This document shows positions 9,654 to 21,100 of a DNA stretch of 64,000 nt, piece after piece. The position numbers were made by a program, and so were the translations under genes. Below the pieces are notes generated by a model that was not told where the DNA came from, searched no databases, and saw only the letters and a list, made by a program, of their open reading frames with translations. Numbering within the stretch: the first letter of the stretch is position 1; each line of letters begins with the position of its first letter. Source of the stretch: an uncultured virus (IMG/VR IMGVR_UViG_3300040801_002299) (lineage: Duplodnaviria > Heunggongvirae > Uroviricota > Caudoviricetes); IMG/VR virus record IMGVR_UViG_3300040801_002299; one strand, written 5' to 3'.

Positions 9654-10412
9654 ATGAGAAATATCATCTTATCACTCTTGTTCATTATCCCTGCACTCCA
9701 CGTTGCTGCCGAAGAGGTTGAACTCCCCAGCAGTGTCACCAGGGCTTTTGAAGATTTTAATAGATCTATCATTGAAGCCAGGGAAGAACTCAGAGAGACT
9801 GAACTAGAAGAACTGGAACAGTTGCAAAGACGAGTTGAGAGAGAGCTAGAGAGGGCGGAGCGAGGAGGTGATGCCGCCTTGGTATCTGCGTTGAATGATA
9901 TTCTTGCTCAGGCCCAGATTGAAATTCATGGCGGCATTGAAAACACTTCAGAAGATGTGGAGACTGACCTCTTAGGGGCACCTGCGATAGTTGACGTTAA
10001 TGCCCGGCAGGCTGCTGAGCTTCTGCGTCATGCTGGAGAATTAACCCAGGAGCAATGGAACGACCTGCCAGGTGGAGTCGTTAGGGCTGAAGGAATCACT
10101 GTCACTGATGTCTTTCTTGAAGCAGGGGTTACTTACATCTTTGCTCCTGACCCTGCTGGTGCATGGAGGCATAAACCTGACCCTCTTGTTGCTTCTGACT
10201 CACAAGTTATGTTTTCATGGAATAATACCAACGAAAACGAAACTGTTATTGTTAATGTGGGAGACGCTTGGAATCTTGCTGTGGGTCAAAGACTTACTGA
10301 ATCTCTGGAATATACCCCAGATAGAACAGGGTCATTGATGATCGGATGTCAAAAACACGATATACGTCTTGGATATATGGCCTTCAAGATATTCAGAGTC
10401 GTTGGCAGATAA
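9654..10412 (+). CDS. secreted/periplasmic protein (signal peptide, coiled coil, beta domain)
   Basis: MRNIILSLLFIIPALHVAA-EE signal peptide; promoter at 9606. Confidence 0.75.
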   Translation: MRNIILSLLFIIPALHVAAEEVELPSSVTRAFEDFNRSIIEAREELRETELEELEQLQRRVERELERAERGGDAALVSALNDILAQAQIEIHGGIENTSEDVETDLLGAPAIVDVNARQAAELLRHAGELTQEQWNDLPGGVVRAEGITVTDVFLEAGVTYIFAPDPAGAWRHKPDPLVASDSQVMFSWNNTNENETVIVNVGDAWNLAVGQRLTESLEYTPDRTGSLMIGCQKHDIRLGYMAFKIFRVVGR

Positions 10413-10425
10413 TAAGGGGTAAAAA

Positions 10426-10650
10426 TTGAACACAAATCTTGGTCCACACTTTTCTGCAATTCAAGCCATTGTCAATGACGCAGAGACTAATCTCCGCAAA
10501 AGGATAATGGCAAACGAGTTTGACATCCGAAACTGCTATCAAGTAAGAGTTATTCTTGAGAATGGGAGAGACGGAAAGATTACTCCTGAAGAAGCTATTG
10601 AAAAGGCATTGGATATTCTATCGGTGTATAAGCATGGTAATGAAACATGA
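10426..10650 (+). CDS. hypothetical protein
   Basis: AAGGGG SD before TTG start. Confidence 0.55.
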   Translation: MNTNLGPHFSAIQAIVNDAETNLRKRIMANEFDIRNCYQVRVILENGRDGKITPEEAIEKALDILSVYKHGNET

Positions 10651-11201
10651 AAACATTATTGACTGTTGATCTGGATTACTGGACCAATTGCTTCAAGACT
10701 TTTCGCCCCTCCGGGGGCGAATTTCTTGGTAATGCACTAAATTTATCAAAAGAATCCTGGGTTATCCAATATCATCATCATATATTACCATTGATTCCAA
10801 AAGGAACTCAGAGAATTATAAACGTCGATTTCCATAATGATATTGTTGGTGAATCTGCATTTGAAGATTATGAAGATCCCCATGATGGATTGAACGAAGG
10901 AACTTGGGGGAATTTTTTACCAAAGAGCGTAAAATGGTTTGAATGGTATTACCCACAAGAAAAAGCTTGTGTCGAGCAAGGTGGCGGTCTATGTATAGAT
11001 GAAAACGGTGCTGTCTGTAAAGACTATCCAATAAACTACTTACAAAAACGTGATTATAGAAATGCTGACTTGACTGGAGTAGAAACTCTGGTAATATGTG
11101 TCAGTCCACAATGGGCATACGTTTCAGACTGTGATCCATATTTGAGGGCAGTGGGAGTTGATCCATGGAAATTGAACAAAAATCCATTAAAAATAAAATA
11201 A
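10647..11201 (+). CDS. UPF0489/arginase-fold-like metalloprotein
   Basis: VDLDYW, HHH, NVDFHND, LNEGTW motifs. Confidence 0.6.
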   Translation: MKTLLTVDLDYWTNCFKTFRPSGGEFLGNALNLSKESWVIQYHHHILPLIPKGTQRIINVDFHNDIVGESAFEDYEDPHDGLNEGTWGNFLPKSVKWFEWYYPQEKACVEQGGGLCIDENGAVCKDYPINYLQKRDYRNADLTGVETLVICVSPQWAYVSDCDPYLRAVGVDPWKLNKNPLKIK

Positions 11202-11223
11202 ATAACCAAATAAGGATTATAAA

Positions 11224-11514
11224 ATGAGTGGAGGTCACTTCGATTATCATCAACATCAAGCAGGTCAATTTGCAGGAGACCTGCTTGTTGAAATAGAAAC
11301 CATCGAACGAAGTAATGCTGGAGAAGATATTGGAGATAACTGGATTCCAGAAGTTTCTGATGAAACTCTTTCTTTATTAAAAAAACTTCAAAAAGATTTT
11401 GCTCGCGTTGCCAAGCAAATGAACCATGTTGATTATTTCTTCTCTGGGGACATTGGAGAAGAACAGTTACATGAAAGAGTATCCAAAGAATATACGGAGA
11501 ATTCAAATGGCTGA
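11224..11514 (+). CDS. phage hypothetical protein
   Basis: MSGGHFDY...FSGDIGEE pattern. Confidence 0.7.
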   Translation: MSGGHFDYHQHQAGQFAGDLLVEIETIERSNAGEDIGDNWIPEVSDETLSLLKKLQKDFARVAKQMNHVDYFFSGDIGEEQLHERVSKEYTENSNG

Positions 11515-12085
11515 AAAGGGCGAAGACCAAAAGATTGAAAAAACTGAAGACCAAGAAGCTAAAGATGCTATTGAGCAATTAGAGCGTGTAAAAGAAATCC
11601 ATAAGGTCGAAGCACTTCTTGATCACCTTAGAAACGTTGAAAGTGCATGTGAACGTTTGGGTAAAAAATTAATGATGCTTGGTGAATTAGAATTCGGTAA
11701 GATTCTAATTGCTAATTCTCGTATTCATGACTACTCTAAGTGGTATGGTATTGAATGGAACTTTCTAACCAGAGAGGCGGCCGACGAAAACCCTGAAATG
11801 TTCAAAGCTGCTCTCATTCAGCACCAAAGCGTAAATGATCACCATCCAGAATATTGGGGCGGGATCAACGATATGCCAAGAATTAAAGTTGCAGAAATGG
11901 TCTGCGACTGGTATGCTCGTTCTGTTGAAATGGGAACTGACTTACGCGATTTTTTCCAAAATGTTGCATGCAAAAAGTATGGCATGAGTAAACAAGGTAA
12001 GAAGTACAAAGAAGTTCGTGAATTTATGGAACTTCTATTGGATGCCCAGTTCAAGAAACCTGGAACTAAGAAAGTAGACAAATGA
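11507..12085 (+). CDS. DUF5662-like HD-type protein
   Basis: HDYSK, H...NDHHPEYW, MP....EMVCDW; start after GGAGA SD. Confidence 0.75.
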   Translation: MAEKGEDQKIEKTEDQEAKDAIEQLERVKEIHKVEALLDHLRNVESACERLGKKLMMLGELEFGKILIANSRIHDYSKWYGIEWNFLTREAADENPEMFKAALIQHQSVNDHHPEYWGGINDMPRIKVAEMVCDWYARSVEMGTDLRDFFQNVACKKYGMSKQGKKYKEVREFMELLLDAQFKKPGTKKVDK

Positions 12086-12495
12086 ATCAAGATGGACCAA
12101 TGGAAGATGGACCATATGAGCTATCTTCTTATGAAGAGAAAGCTGAAGCTATGCGGGTGGAAGTTGCTTATTCTCATGGTAAGCAGATTCAAGTTCGAAA
12201 GCGTGGGGATTTTCGTATTTGCGGAAACTATTGGTTCGATTGCGAACAGCCTGTATTCAATTGGAAGTGGTATATCTATAGGATTAAAGAGGAGGCACAA
12301 ATGCCTGCTGTTATCAAACCAATGTCGTTGAGAGACCTTGACCCTGTTGCATATAATATTCTAGATAATATAAAGACTGTAGATCAAGCCCAGTATTCAA
12401 CAAAAGATCAACTTCGTGTTCTTCTAGACTTTGCCAATAAACTGGGTCTATGTGACGCAGCCGATGCCCTAAGAAATAACTTCTTGGGTCGTTAG
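12082..12495 (+). CDS. hypothetical protein
   Basis: GKQIQ...PVFNW...YRIK phage-type domain. Confidence 0.7.
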   Translation: MNQDGPMEDGPYELSSYEEKAEAMRVEVAYSHGKQIQVRKRGDFRICGNYWFDCEQPVFNWKWYIYRIKEEAQMPAVIKPMSLRDLDPVAYNILDNIKTVDQAQYSTKDQLRVLLDFANKLGLCDAADALRNNFLGR

Positions 12496-13065
12496 ATGCT
12501 CAGCCACTTCTCTTGAGAAGTTTTCTCTAATGAACTTATTATATTTGTCTATGCCAATGGATTCTTGCAAGACTTCCAAATAAGTCTCAAGATCATCCGT
12601 TATAAGAGAATCGAAATGATTAGGGTCTATATTATATAAGATCCATTTAAGATCTCCAATGGTTTTCATTTTTCTCTGAAATCTAATTTTCTTAAAATTT
12701 TCTTGAATTGTAGATCTAGCAATCTTAATTTCTCTTATATTTCCTGTATCTTTTTCTCTAAGATAATTAAATATTATTTCTCTAGACAATGAAAATAATT
12801 CATTTGACTCTTTAACGAGATGTCGTCTCATTTTTTCAGATTTTTTATATTCTTTTGTCGCAGTTTCAAACAAATGATTCAATGCATTGATCTTACTATT
12901 GTATGTTTCAAACATATCTTCTAATTGAGTATTTGTTGTGCTAGGATCTGTATAAAGTTTTTCATTATTAACAATCTTTTTCATAGCTTTGTTAAAATGA
13001 CGATCATTCTTTAAAAGAACCCATATTAATTGTTTGATCAAAACTTTCTCTGTAGAATCAATCAT
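12469..13065 (-). CDS. basic helical hypothetical protein
   Basis: Overlaps the stop of the upstream lyase-like gene. Confidence 0.65.
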   Translation of the reverse strand: MIDSTEKVLIKQLIWVLLKNDRHFNKAMKKIVNNEKLYTDPSTTNTQLEDMFETYNSKINALNHLFETATKEYKKSEKMRRHLVKESNELFSLSREIIFNYLREKDTGNIREIKIARSTIQENFKKIRFQRKMKTIGDLKWILYNIDPNHFDSLITDDLETYLEVLQESIGIDKYNKFIRENFSREVAEHLTTQEVIS

Positions 13066-15097
13066 TATTTACCTTTACGTCTTCATATTCAATAGAAATT
13101 TCTTGATTTCCAATATTAATTGTAACACCATTAAGAATTCTATCACCCTTCATAGATACTTCTGGGTGCGAATCTCCATGATTACAAAGAGTAAGAACAA
13201 CAATGAAGTCTCCTTCATGATCATCATAGTTTGGTCCTGTCAATTTACCATTCTCATCACGATGATATAGAAGGCTATTTCGTAGTCCACGTTTATCTGG
13301 AAGTTTCATTTCATCTGTCATTCCTGGAACTTCATCATGACGAGTAATAAGAACATATTTGTTCTTATTGATCCATTCATCTCCATAATGAATTGGGGTT
13401 CCACGATAACGCTCTCCAGTTTCAACTGAAAAGTTTTGAGTTGGATGGAGAATAACACCACGCAACGTATTTTTTGTTTTTGGATCTGTAATTATAAACC
13501 CATTGTCATTCACTGTAACTTCGTTTGGATAGAACGTAGACATTTGCCAATATCTACCATTTAAAGAAGTATCCGCAATAACGAATGCTGCTTCGCAATT
13601 CTCAATATCAAACTCAGCAACGAATCTTCTCTTTAGTCCATCAGTATCAAAATCGTTTTGAGCTTTTGGTCCAGCAATAACATATCCTTCAATGCTATCT
13701 GATAAGAAAGTTTCTTGCTTGATTACTTTTCCAGTGTTAGAGAATGGTTTATGAAGTAGTGGTTCGTTTGGTCCCCCATATCCACCAGGAAATACTGTGT
13801 TTGCACTTCTTGTAAAGTGAGCAACACCATTTTCGTCAGCATCTTTATACCATCCACCACCAATTGCCCAGATATTATCAAGACCAATGATTCTAAATCC
13901 AGCGACATCAGGTCCTTTATGTCCACTATGATTTCTTTGTCTTGCATATAGTTGTGCAACAATATCATTTTCGTCTTTGAATCTATTTCTGAAACCACAA
14001 AACCCATTCCCAGTAGTTTCAGCAAAACACTCTCTCCATGCGTCATTCTGTAATGGATCTGTTTCTCCATGGTCTGCATTGTAATAAAGTAGAACATAGA
14101 TCATACCAGAATCCATTATATCACAGAAATTTCCAGAAGAATCAAATCTGGTTTTAAAAATATGGTTTAATCCAGATTGCTGATTTTCATCAAGATAATA
14201 AAACGAGAGTCCCATGAATTTAGAACTAGAATGTTGTGGATTATCTGTTACAAAGTCTGGGGAAACACCTTTAACGCCATCACAAAGTTCCATTGGAACA
14301 GTGTGTCCAAGACTCCACATGAATTGATATTCTACTGCATAGTCGTCAGCGTCATCAATCTTCCAACCATAATTTCTTTCCAATGCAATCCCAAATGGTC
14401 CAACCCCATGCCAAGCAAATCTGGTATATCCATCACCTTCAATTCCACCAAATCCACCACCAAAATTGCTGTAGATAAATTTTTTCACTCTCTGATAGCA
14501 ACCATATACTTTGGCATCTTTTGTATGATCTTCTTCATCTGTTGCCATATATCCAAGTCCAGCTACAGAATATCTTAGTGCTTTCCAGTTACTTGAAGGT
14601 GCTTGGTTCTGCTGCCCTCCCCCATTAAAGAAACAAAAATCTGCAAGTTTTAATATCTTTTTAGAAACTTGCTTTTCAATTCTGCTCCAGAACTGAGATC
14701 CTTTGCAGAATTGATGACATAGACTAAGAACATAAAGATTTTTGTAATGAGTTAGACCTTTTGGGTCTTGGGTTTCAAAATCCAGTAAATATTTTTTTAC
14801 AGAACGATATGCACGTTTTGCAAATAGTTCATTCTTTTCCATGTAATAAAAGAATGCACAAGAAATTGCAACTTCAAGTTCAGGAATTGTCTGGCTAGAG
14901 AATTCACCTTTTCCATTATAAGCTTTAAGGGTTGCATTTTTATATTGGTTATAAAGTTTATTGTAAGGGGCTTTCTTGATCTTTTCTTTCAAATCAGACA
15001 TGTCAAATAGTGCCATACCATCAACTTTATTTCTGATGGTATTTGGAATGATATTTACAACTTCATTCTCAATAATAGATGTTTTAAGATCAGTCAT
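13058..15097 (-). CDS. heparinase II/III-like polysaccharide lyase (putative depolymerase)
   Basis: Helical N-half with SNW and EGDGYTRF; beta-rich C-half with HKGPDVAGFRIIG resembling HxHxDxxSF. Confidence 0.6.
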   Translation of the reverse strand: MTDLKTSIIENEVVNIIPNTIRNKVDGMALFDMSDLKEKIKKAPYNKLYNQYKNATLKAYNGKGEFSSQTIPELEVAISCAFFYYMEKNELFAKRAYRSVKKYLLDFETQDPKGLTHYKNLYVLSLCHQFCKGSQFWSRIEKQVSKKILKLADFCFFNGGGQQNQAPSSNWKALRYSVAGLGYMATDEEDHTKDAKVYGCYQRVKKFIYSNFGGGFGGIEGDGYTRFAWHGVGPFGIALERNYGWKIDDADDYAVEYQFMWSLGHTVPMELCDGVKGVSPDFVTDNPQHSSSKFMGLSFYYLDENQQSGLNHIFKTRFDSSGNFCDIMDSGMIYVLLYYNADHGETDPLQNDAWRECFAETTGNGFCGFRNRFKDENDIVAQLYARQRNHSGHKGPDVAGFRIIGLDNIWAIGGGWYKDADENGVAHFTRSANTVFPGGYGGPNEPLLHKPFSNTGKVIKQETFLSDSIEGYVIAGPKAQNDFDTDGLKRRFVAEFDIENCEAAFVIADTSLNGRYWQMSTFYPNEVTVNDNGFIITDPKTKNTLRGVILHPTQNFSVETGERYRGTPIHYGDEWINKNKYVLITRHDEVPGMTDEMKLPDKRGLRNSLLYHRDENGKLTGPNYDDHEGDFIVVLTLCNHGDSHPEVSMKGDRILNGVTINIGNQEISIEYEDVKVNND

Positions 15098-15109
15098 TAT
15101 TATTCCTCT

Positions 15110-18100
15110 TTATGGTCCAGCCTGAGTACAACACTCGCAGTAGTTATCATTAGAATTACCCTGAACAGTTTGATTGCATGCATCAGTAAATGTAAATGGA
15201 TCATTTGTAATTTCAACAGGACCATGACAATCTGTATCAAATGTAGCACGATAAGTAACTTTCTTCACTCCATTGACTGCTGCTTCTGCAACTCCAGCAC
15301 CCCAATTTGCTGTTCCAGTAACTGCTGGATTACCTAAATTTGGTCCTTCTGGTGTAAACTTCCAATTAACGTTTGGTGCTAAAGTGCAATCAGCAGGGTC
15401 CATTGATTCATCTATATTAACTACAAAGTTAACTTCCCAAAAACATCCAACTCCATCTTCTGATGGTTGTCTTCTAATTAATTCGACATTGACAAGTGTT
15501 GGTGCTTCAGCAACTTTAACTGTAGTTGAATCTTGAAGAACATTTCCATTTATGGTTACACTTGCTGTAAACACGAAAACATCCCCTGGAGCAGAATCAT
15601 TTGGAGTGCAAGTTGAAGATTGACCATCCGTGACAATATTAACATTATTATATGCTGCACCATTTCTAGTGACATCCCATGTGATATCAGTTCCATCAAC
15701 GCTTCCATCTATGGCTGTTGCAATCGCAGTGACACTAACATCATTTACACAAGCAGTAGATGGATCTGGAATTGGATCTGAGATGAAAATAGTTCCATCT
15801 TCATTTTGTGCTGCTGGTTGTCCTGGCCCTCCACCTCCACCATTTTCTGGATCTGGTTGAACTTCACCAATTCCACCATCATCCCCTGGTCCACAAACTG
15901 GTGGACATTCTTGTTCTCTATTTATTCCGTTATCATCTCTTTCTAATGGTGATAATGGAGTTGGACACTCTCCACCAGGAGGAACTAAAATAACAGATTC
16001 TTCACAAGCAGTTCCACAACCACCAGGTTCAAATATATATCCACAGTCAGAACTGGTTTCTGTTGTTGTGACCACTATACCTCCAGAAGTTGCAGGAATT
16101 ATGAAACCATTATCAAATGTCAAAGTTATGTTATAACCTTCTGCTCCACCATCACCATAACTATCAATGAAATATACTTTCCAGAAACCATTGCTATTCG
16201 TATCTCCAGAGAATGTTGTTATTCCATTGTAATTAAATACAGAGCCAAATTCATTATCTGTCAAAGATTCGTTATGTGTAGTTCCTTCTGGAGATTCTAT
16301 TACCAATTCTGTTTCAGACCCTGCAAAATTGTCAGTAAACAATTCAATTTCAAGTGAAATTGAAGACATATCCAATTGACTTGATTCATTGATGTTAACT
16401 TCAGATTCACCATTTTCAATATATGTATTGGATGACCATGACGAAGGAATATCAGGAACTGAATAGTTTCTTGGTGTACCTTCTGTGCTCTCTGGGGTTC
16501 CAGGAACGAATGCTGATGTATCAACTGTGGTCGAGCATGGGTTTCTACATGCACTTATACCTTCACAAGTCATAAATGATCCTGATGCATTTTGAACAAC
16601 AGTTGAATTATAAACACTCTCTTCAAGTATCATGAAGCATACACCATTTTCAGACTGTCCAAATAGAGACACTGCTGAAACTGATGGAGTGCAAGTGGTA
16701 ATATCACTTATATTTCTTATAGAAGTTAGTCTATCTGCTGATCCATTTGCATCAGTAAAATCACCACCAACATAAGTAATATCATATTCTGCACTATCTT
16801 TCAAAGACCTGACAGTATTGTTAATATGACTATTGAAAGATGTATTAAGAGTTCCATCAAGATTTAGACCAACAAGATAGTTATATGGAACAGTAAAGTT
16901 ACCACCTACGTAGAGTATGTCTCTATCTGACTCAATATCTAATGCGTATACAGCAGAATTAAATCCAGGGTCTAAACTAGTAGAACCACCACTAGTATTA
17001 ATTGCCCATAATGCATTAGAAGTAGTTGAAGACTCTCCACCAACAATAACTCGGTTATTAGTTACATCCAATGCAATAGAACGACCAGTAGTGAATGTAC
17101 CCAAGTTTAAACTGGTATAATCTACGATTTCTCCTGAACCACTTAAGCTAGCAAACCCAACAGATCCTGAACTATTAACAGTGGTAAATGCACCAGCAAC
17201 ATGAACTCTATCATTAACTGGATCATATTTAACTGCATTGACGATTCCATCAAATGATGGGTTTGTAGGATAGTCTATCAAGTTAAAGCTGGAATCAAGA
17301 ACTGCATATCGACTTCTATCAACATATTCACCTTCAGTGAATTCACCTACAGCATATACGTCATCGTTTTCCACGAGAATGTCATAAACGCTATTGTTTA
17401 CATCTATATCAAATGAACTAACATTTCCACCACTTATAGATACTGCATAGTTAATTCCAGAATTATTGTAATTCGTAAAATCTCCACCAAAATAGAGAAC
17501 ATTATCGATTTCATCTACATCTACTGTTCTCACTCTATTATTAAATCCAGATGGCAATGAAAGGTCTGTAATACCACCACTTGTTAATCCAACATAATAT
17601 GATAGAGAAGTTAAATTACCAGAATCTGTGAAATAACCAACAGCATGTATATCATTTCCAATTGCAATGTCTCTTACTTGATTGTTAAAAGCAAAGTTAA
17701 CTGATTGAGGATTAAACAATGAATCAGTTTTAGCAAATCTTAATGATGGTTCTGCATTACCAGTAGTATATGAACCACCGATAGTCAATTCATCACCGTC
17801 AATTTCAATTGCAAAAGTTGAACCATTAGTAAACCCAATAGATGGAGTTTCTAGTAATTCACCATTTGAACCACTTATAGCTGCAAATTGTAATCTTGCT
17901 TCTGAATTAACTTCTGCAAATAAACCTACAGGATAAACAATATCAGTAGAGCTATCATATCCTAATGAATATATAATACTGTTGAAATCTGGATTTGTTG
18001 AATAATCAATGAGATTTCCATTAACATCAACTGCTGCAAATCTATTTCTAGTGAATGGACCGCTTGGAGTTGAAGCAGATGTGAATTGACCTCCAATATA

Positions 18101-21100
18101 TACCCTTCCATTGTTTGGATTTACAGAAATTCCACCATATAATCCAATAAAATTATTAAATTGTAATAAAGGTCTTGATGTTATTAGACTTAAATCAGAT
18201 TTATTTAAAGCTGCGAATCTAGAATAATCTCCGTTACCATCAATAGAAGAAAATACACCACCAATATAAACTCTATCATTTGCATTATCAAATTCTATGT
18301 TGTAAACATTTGAGTTAATTAATGCTGGTTGATTTGGATAATTGGAGAAGAATTCTCCTCCCCCACTCAAAGCAGCCAAGCGACTTGCTGAGTTAGAACC
18401 AGAAACGTCAGTAACTGTTGCAAAAGCCCCACCACAATAAACAGTATCTTGAGTATCATCATAATTTACTGAATAAACGAAATTATCAAACCCTGGATTT
18501 ACTGAAAAATCTTTAAGAGTCCCATCAGAGTTAACGATGGCAAATCTATTTCTGGTTTGAGATCCACCAGAAGTGGTTACTGAAGTAAAACCACCTCCAA
18601 CGAATATTTCTCCTGTAGTTTCATCAACATCCAATGAATAAACAACATTATCAAAGTCTGGATTAAAATTATAATCAATGAGATTTCCATCACCACTTAT
18701 AGCAGCAAATCTGTTTCTTGTTTGACCATTAACTTCAGTGAAAGATCCCCCAATATAAATGATATTTCTTGTAGTATCTTTCTTTACAGCAAGAACCCCA
18801 TTGTTATTAACTGAGACATTTATAGGTTGAAGCGTTCCAGTATTCTTGTCATATTGAGATATTCTTAATACTTCATTTCCTATAGCAGTAAAAGCCCCAC
18901 CATAATATATGTCTCCACTAGAGTCATCAATTTCAATTGATTGGATTGAACTGCTGAATACCAAACCTGAACTGGTTGGAGATTCAGTAATACCATTTGT
19001 CATTTCTAAAAAGTATCCACTTGGTAATGTAAATGATCCTCCAAGTAAAACATTTCCATTATCAGAATTATATTTAACTGTGTTGACGATACTATTAATT
19101 GTTCCTTCACCAGTAAAGAATTCTCCACCAGAATCGAAACCAGCATATCTATTTCTTGTTGCTACAGGTTCGCTTAAAGTGAATTGGCCTAAAACTGAAA
19201 GTGTATCTAAGGTTTGATCGAAGTGTAATCCCCAAACTGTGCTATTAGGATATTTGGAATAATTGCTATTTTGTGAGAAATCTGATCCATTAAATGAAAT
19301 TACGTAATCTTTTTCTGCGTCTCCACCTACATTAGTGAATGAACCACCATAGTATATGATATCATTAGCATAATCTGTAACAATATCATATACATTTGTA
19401 CCAATACCTAAGTTATCATGCAATACAGTTTTATTGTCTCCAGAGATAGATACTGCACCATTGAATGTTCTGGAATTACCTTGAGTAAATGTTCCTCCCA
19501 ATACCAAATCATCATTATCAATTTCTATCGCAAAAACATTATTATTTAGCCCAGATTTAAATGGTAGTAACGTATCTCCTCCAGAAATTGCTGCCACATA
19601 ACTTACATCAGAATTTCCATTTACTGAACTAAATGCTCCGCCGACATACACAACATCTTTGGTTTCATCATAATTAATTGAATATCCTGTTGACGACAAT
19701 GAAATGTCTGTTGAATCTGTTAAGAAATCACCTGATCCACTTATTGCCGCGAATCTATCTCTCAAGAAATAGTTTATATCTAAGAAGTCTCCAGCCAAAA
19801 TTATGTTGTCAGTAGATGGTTCGTAAAGAGCAGTAAAAGCTCTATTAGCAAGTGGAGTCTTGGCCTCTAATAGCTGTTTAGTTGATCTATCATATGTTGC
19901 CCAGTACCTTTGATTTATATCACCATCAACAGAATCGAAAGTTCCAACTATATAAATTCTGTCATTGACAGTATCAATTTCAATTTCTTCAACTGAATTA
20001 TCTGGGCCTGCGAAACTCGTAAAGGTTGCGTCCGAAGGGTCCATAGAAACCATTCTTACATAAGATGTATCACTGTTTATTTCAATAAACGATCCACCAA
20101 TTAAAATCTCGTCATTTCCAGAATCATATTTTATTTCAGTAATTCTACCAGCCACATCTGGGTTTGTTGAATAATCGACAAAGTTATTTGTTGAAAGATC
20201 TAACGCTGCAAATCGGGTTCTTACTAATGAGCTTCCAGTACTGTCATCCACAAACCCAAAATCTCCACCAATATAAACACGATCATTTACGCTATCATAT
20301 TCAACTGCATATACACTGCTATTAAATGATACATTAGTTGCATAATTAATTACTGAACTTCCTGATATATCAATTACTGCAAAGCGATTTCTGGTATTAG
20401 ACGCCCCATCATTTATATCAGTAAATAAACCACCAATATAAAGAGTGTTAGGACCATTATAATCTAGTGTTGTAACCCATGAATTTGGTCTAGGTAAATT
20501 ATATATTGAACCGTCTGATCGATTGATTCCAACCAAATAATTATGTGTTGAAAAGAGCCCATTAACAACAGTAAATTGTCCGCCGATATAAATTCTATCA
20601 TTTACAGGATCTTGAATCATATCCAGAGCATCGTTATTCAAAGATGGATTTACTGCATAATCAATAAGAGTTCCATCTCCACTTATAGCAGCAAATCTGT
20701 TTCTTGATTGCCCGTTAACAAATGTGAAATCTCCACAGAAGTAATAAATGTCTCGACTTTCATCTTTAAGTGCTTTGTAAACTCTATTATTAAATGTTGC
20801 ATTTAAGTTACTAACTTTTTCCCTAGTGTTTGCATTTAATTCTACAAATCTATCTGCGGATTCAAATGAAGCATTAAATCCACCAGTCATATAAACTTTA
20901 TCATTGGTTTCATCTCTATACAAAGCTTCAACTGTTGAATTAAATCCAGGTTGATATGTAGTTGGTAAAGTTTTTAGATTTGCATCTTCATCTAAGACAG
21001 CATAATATCTTCTTTCTGTTCCATTTACAGTTGTAAACGCACCACCTAAATAGATATCACCATTAATGGAATCGAAATCTAATGTATAAACAACAGAGTT

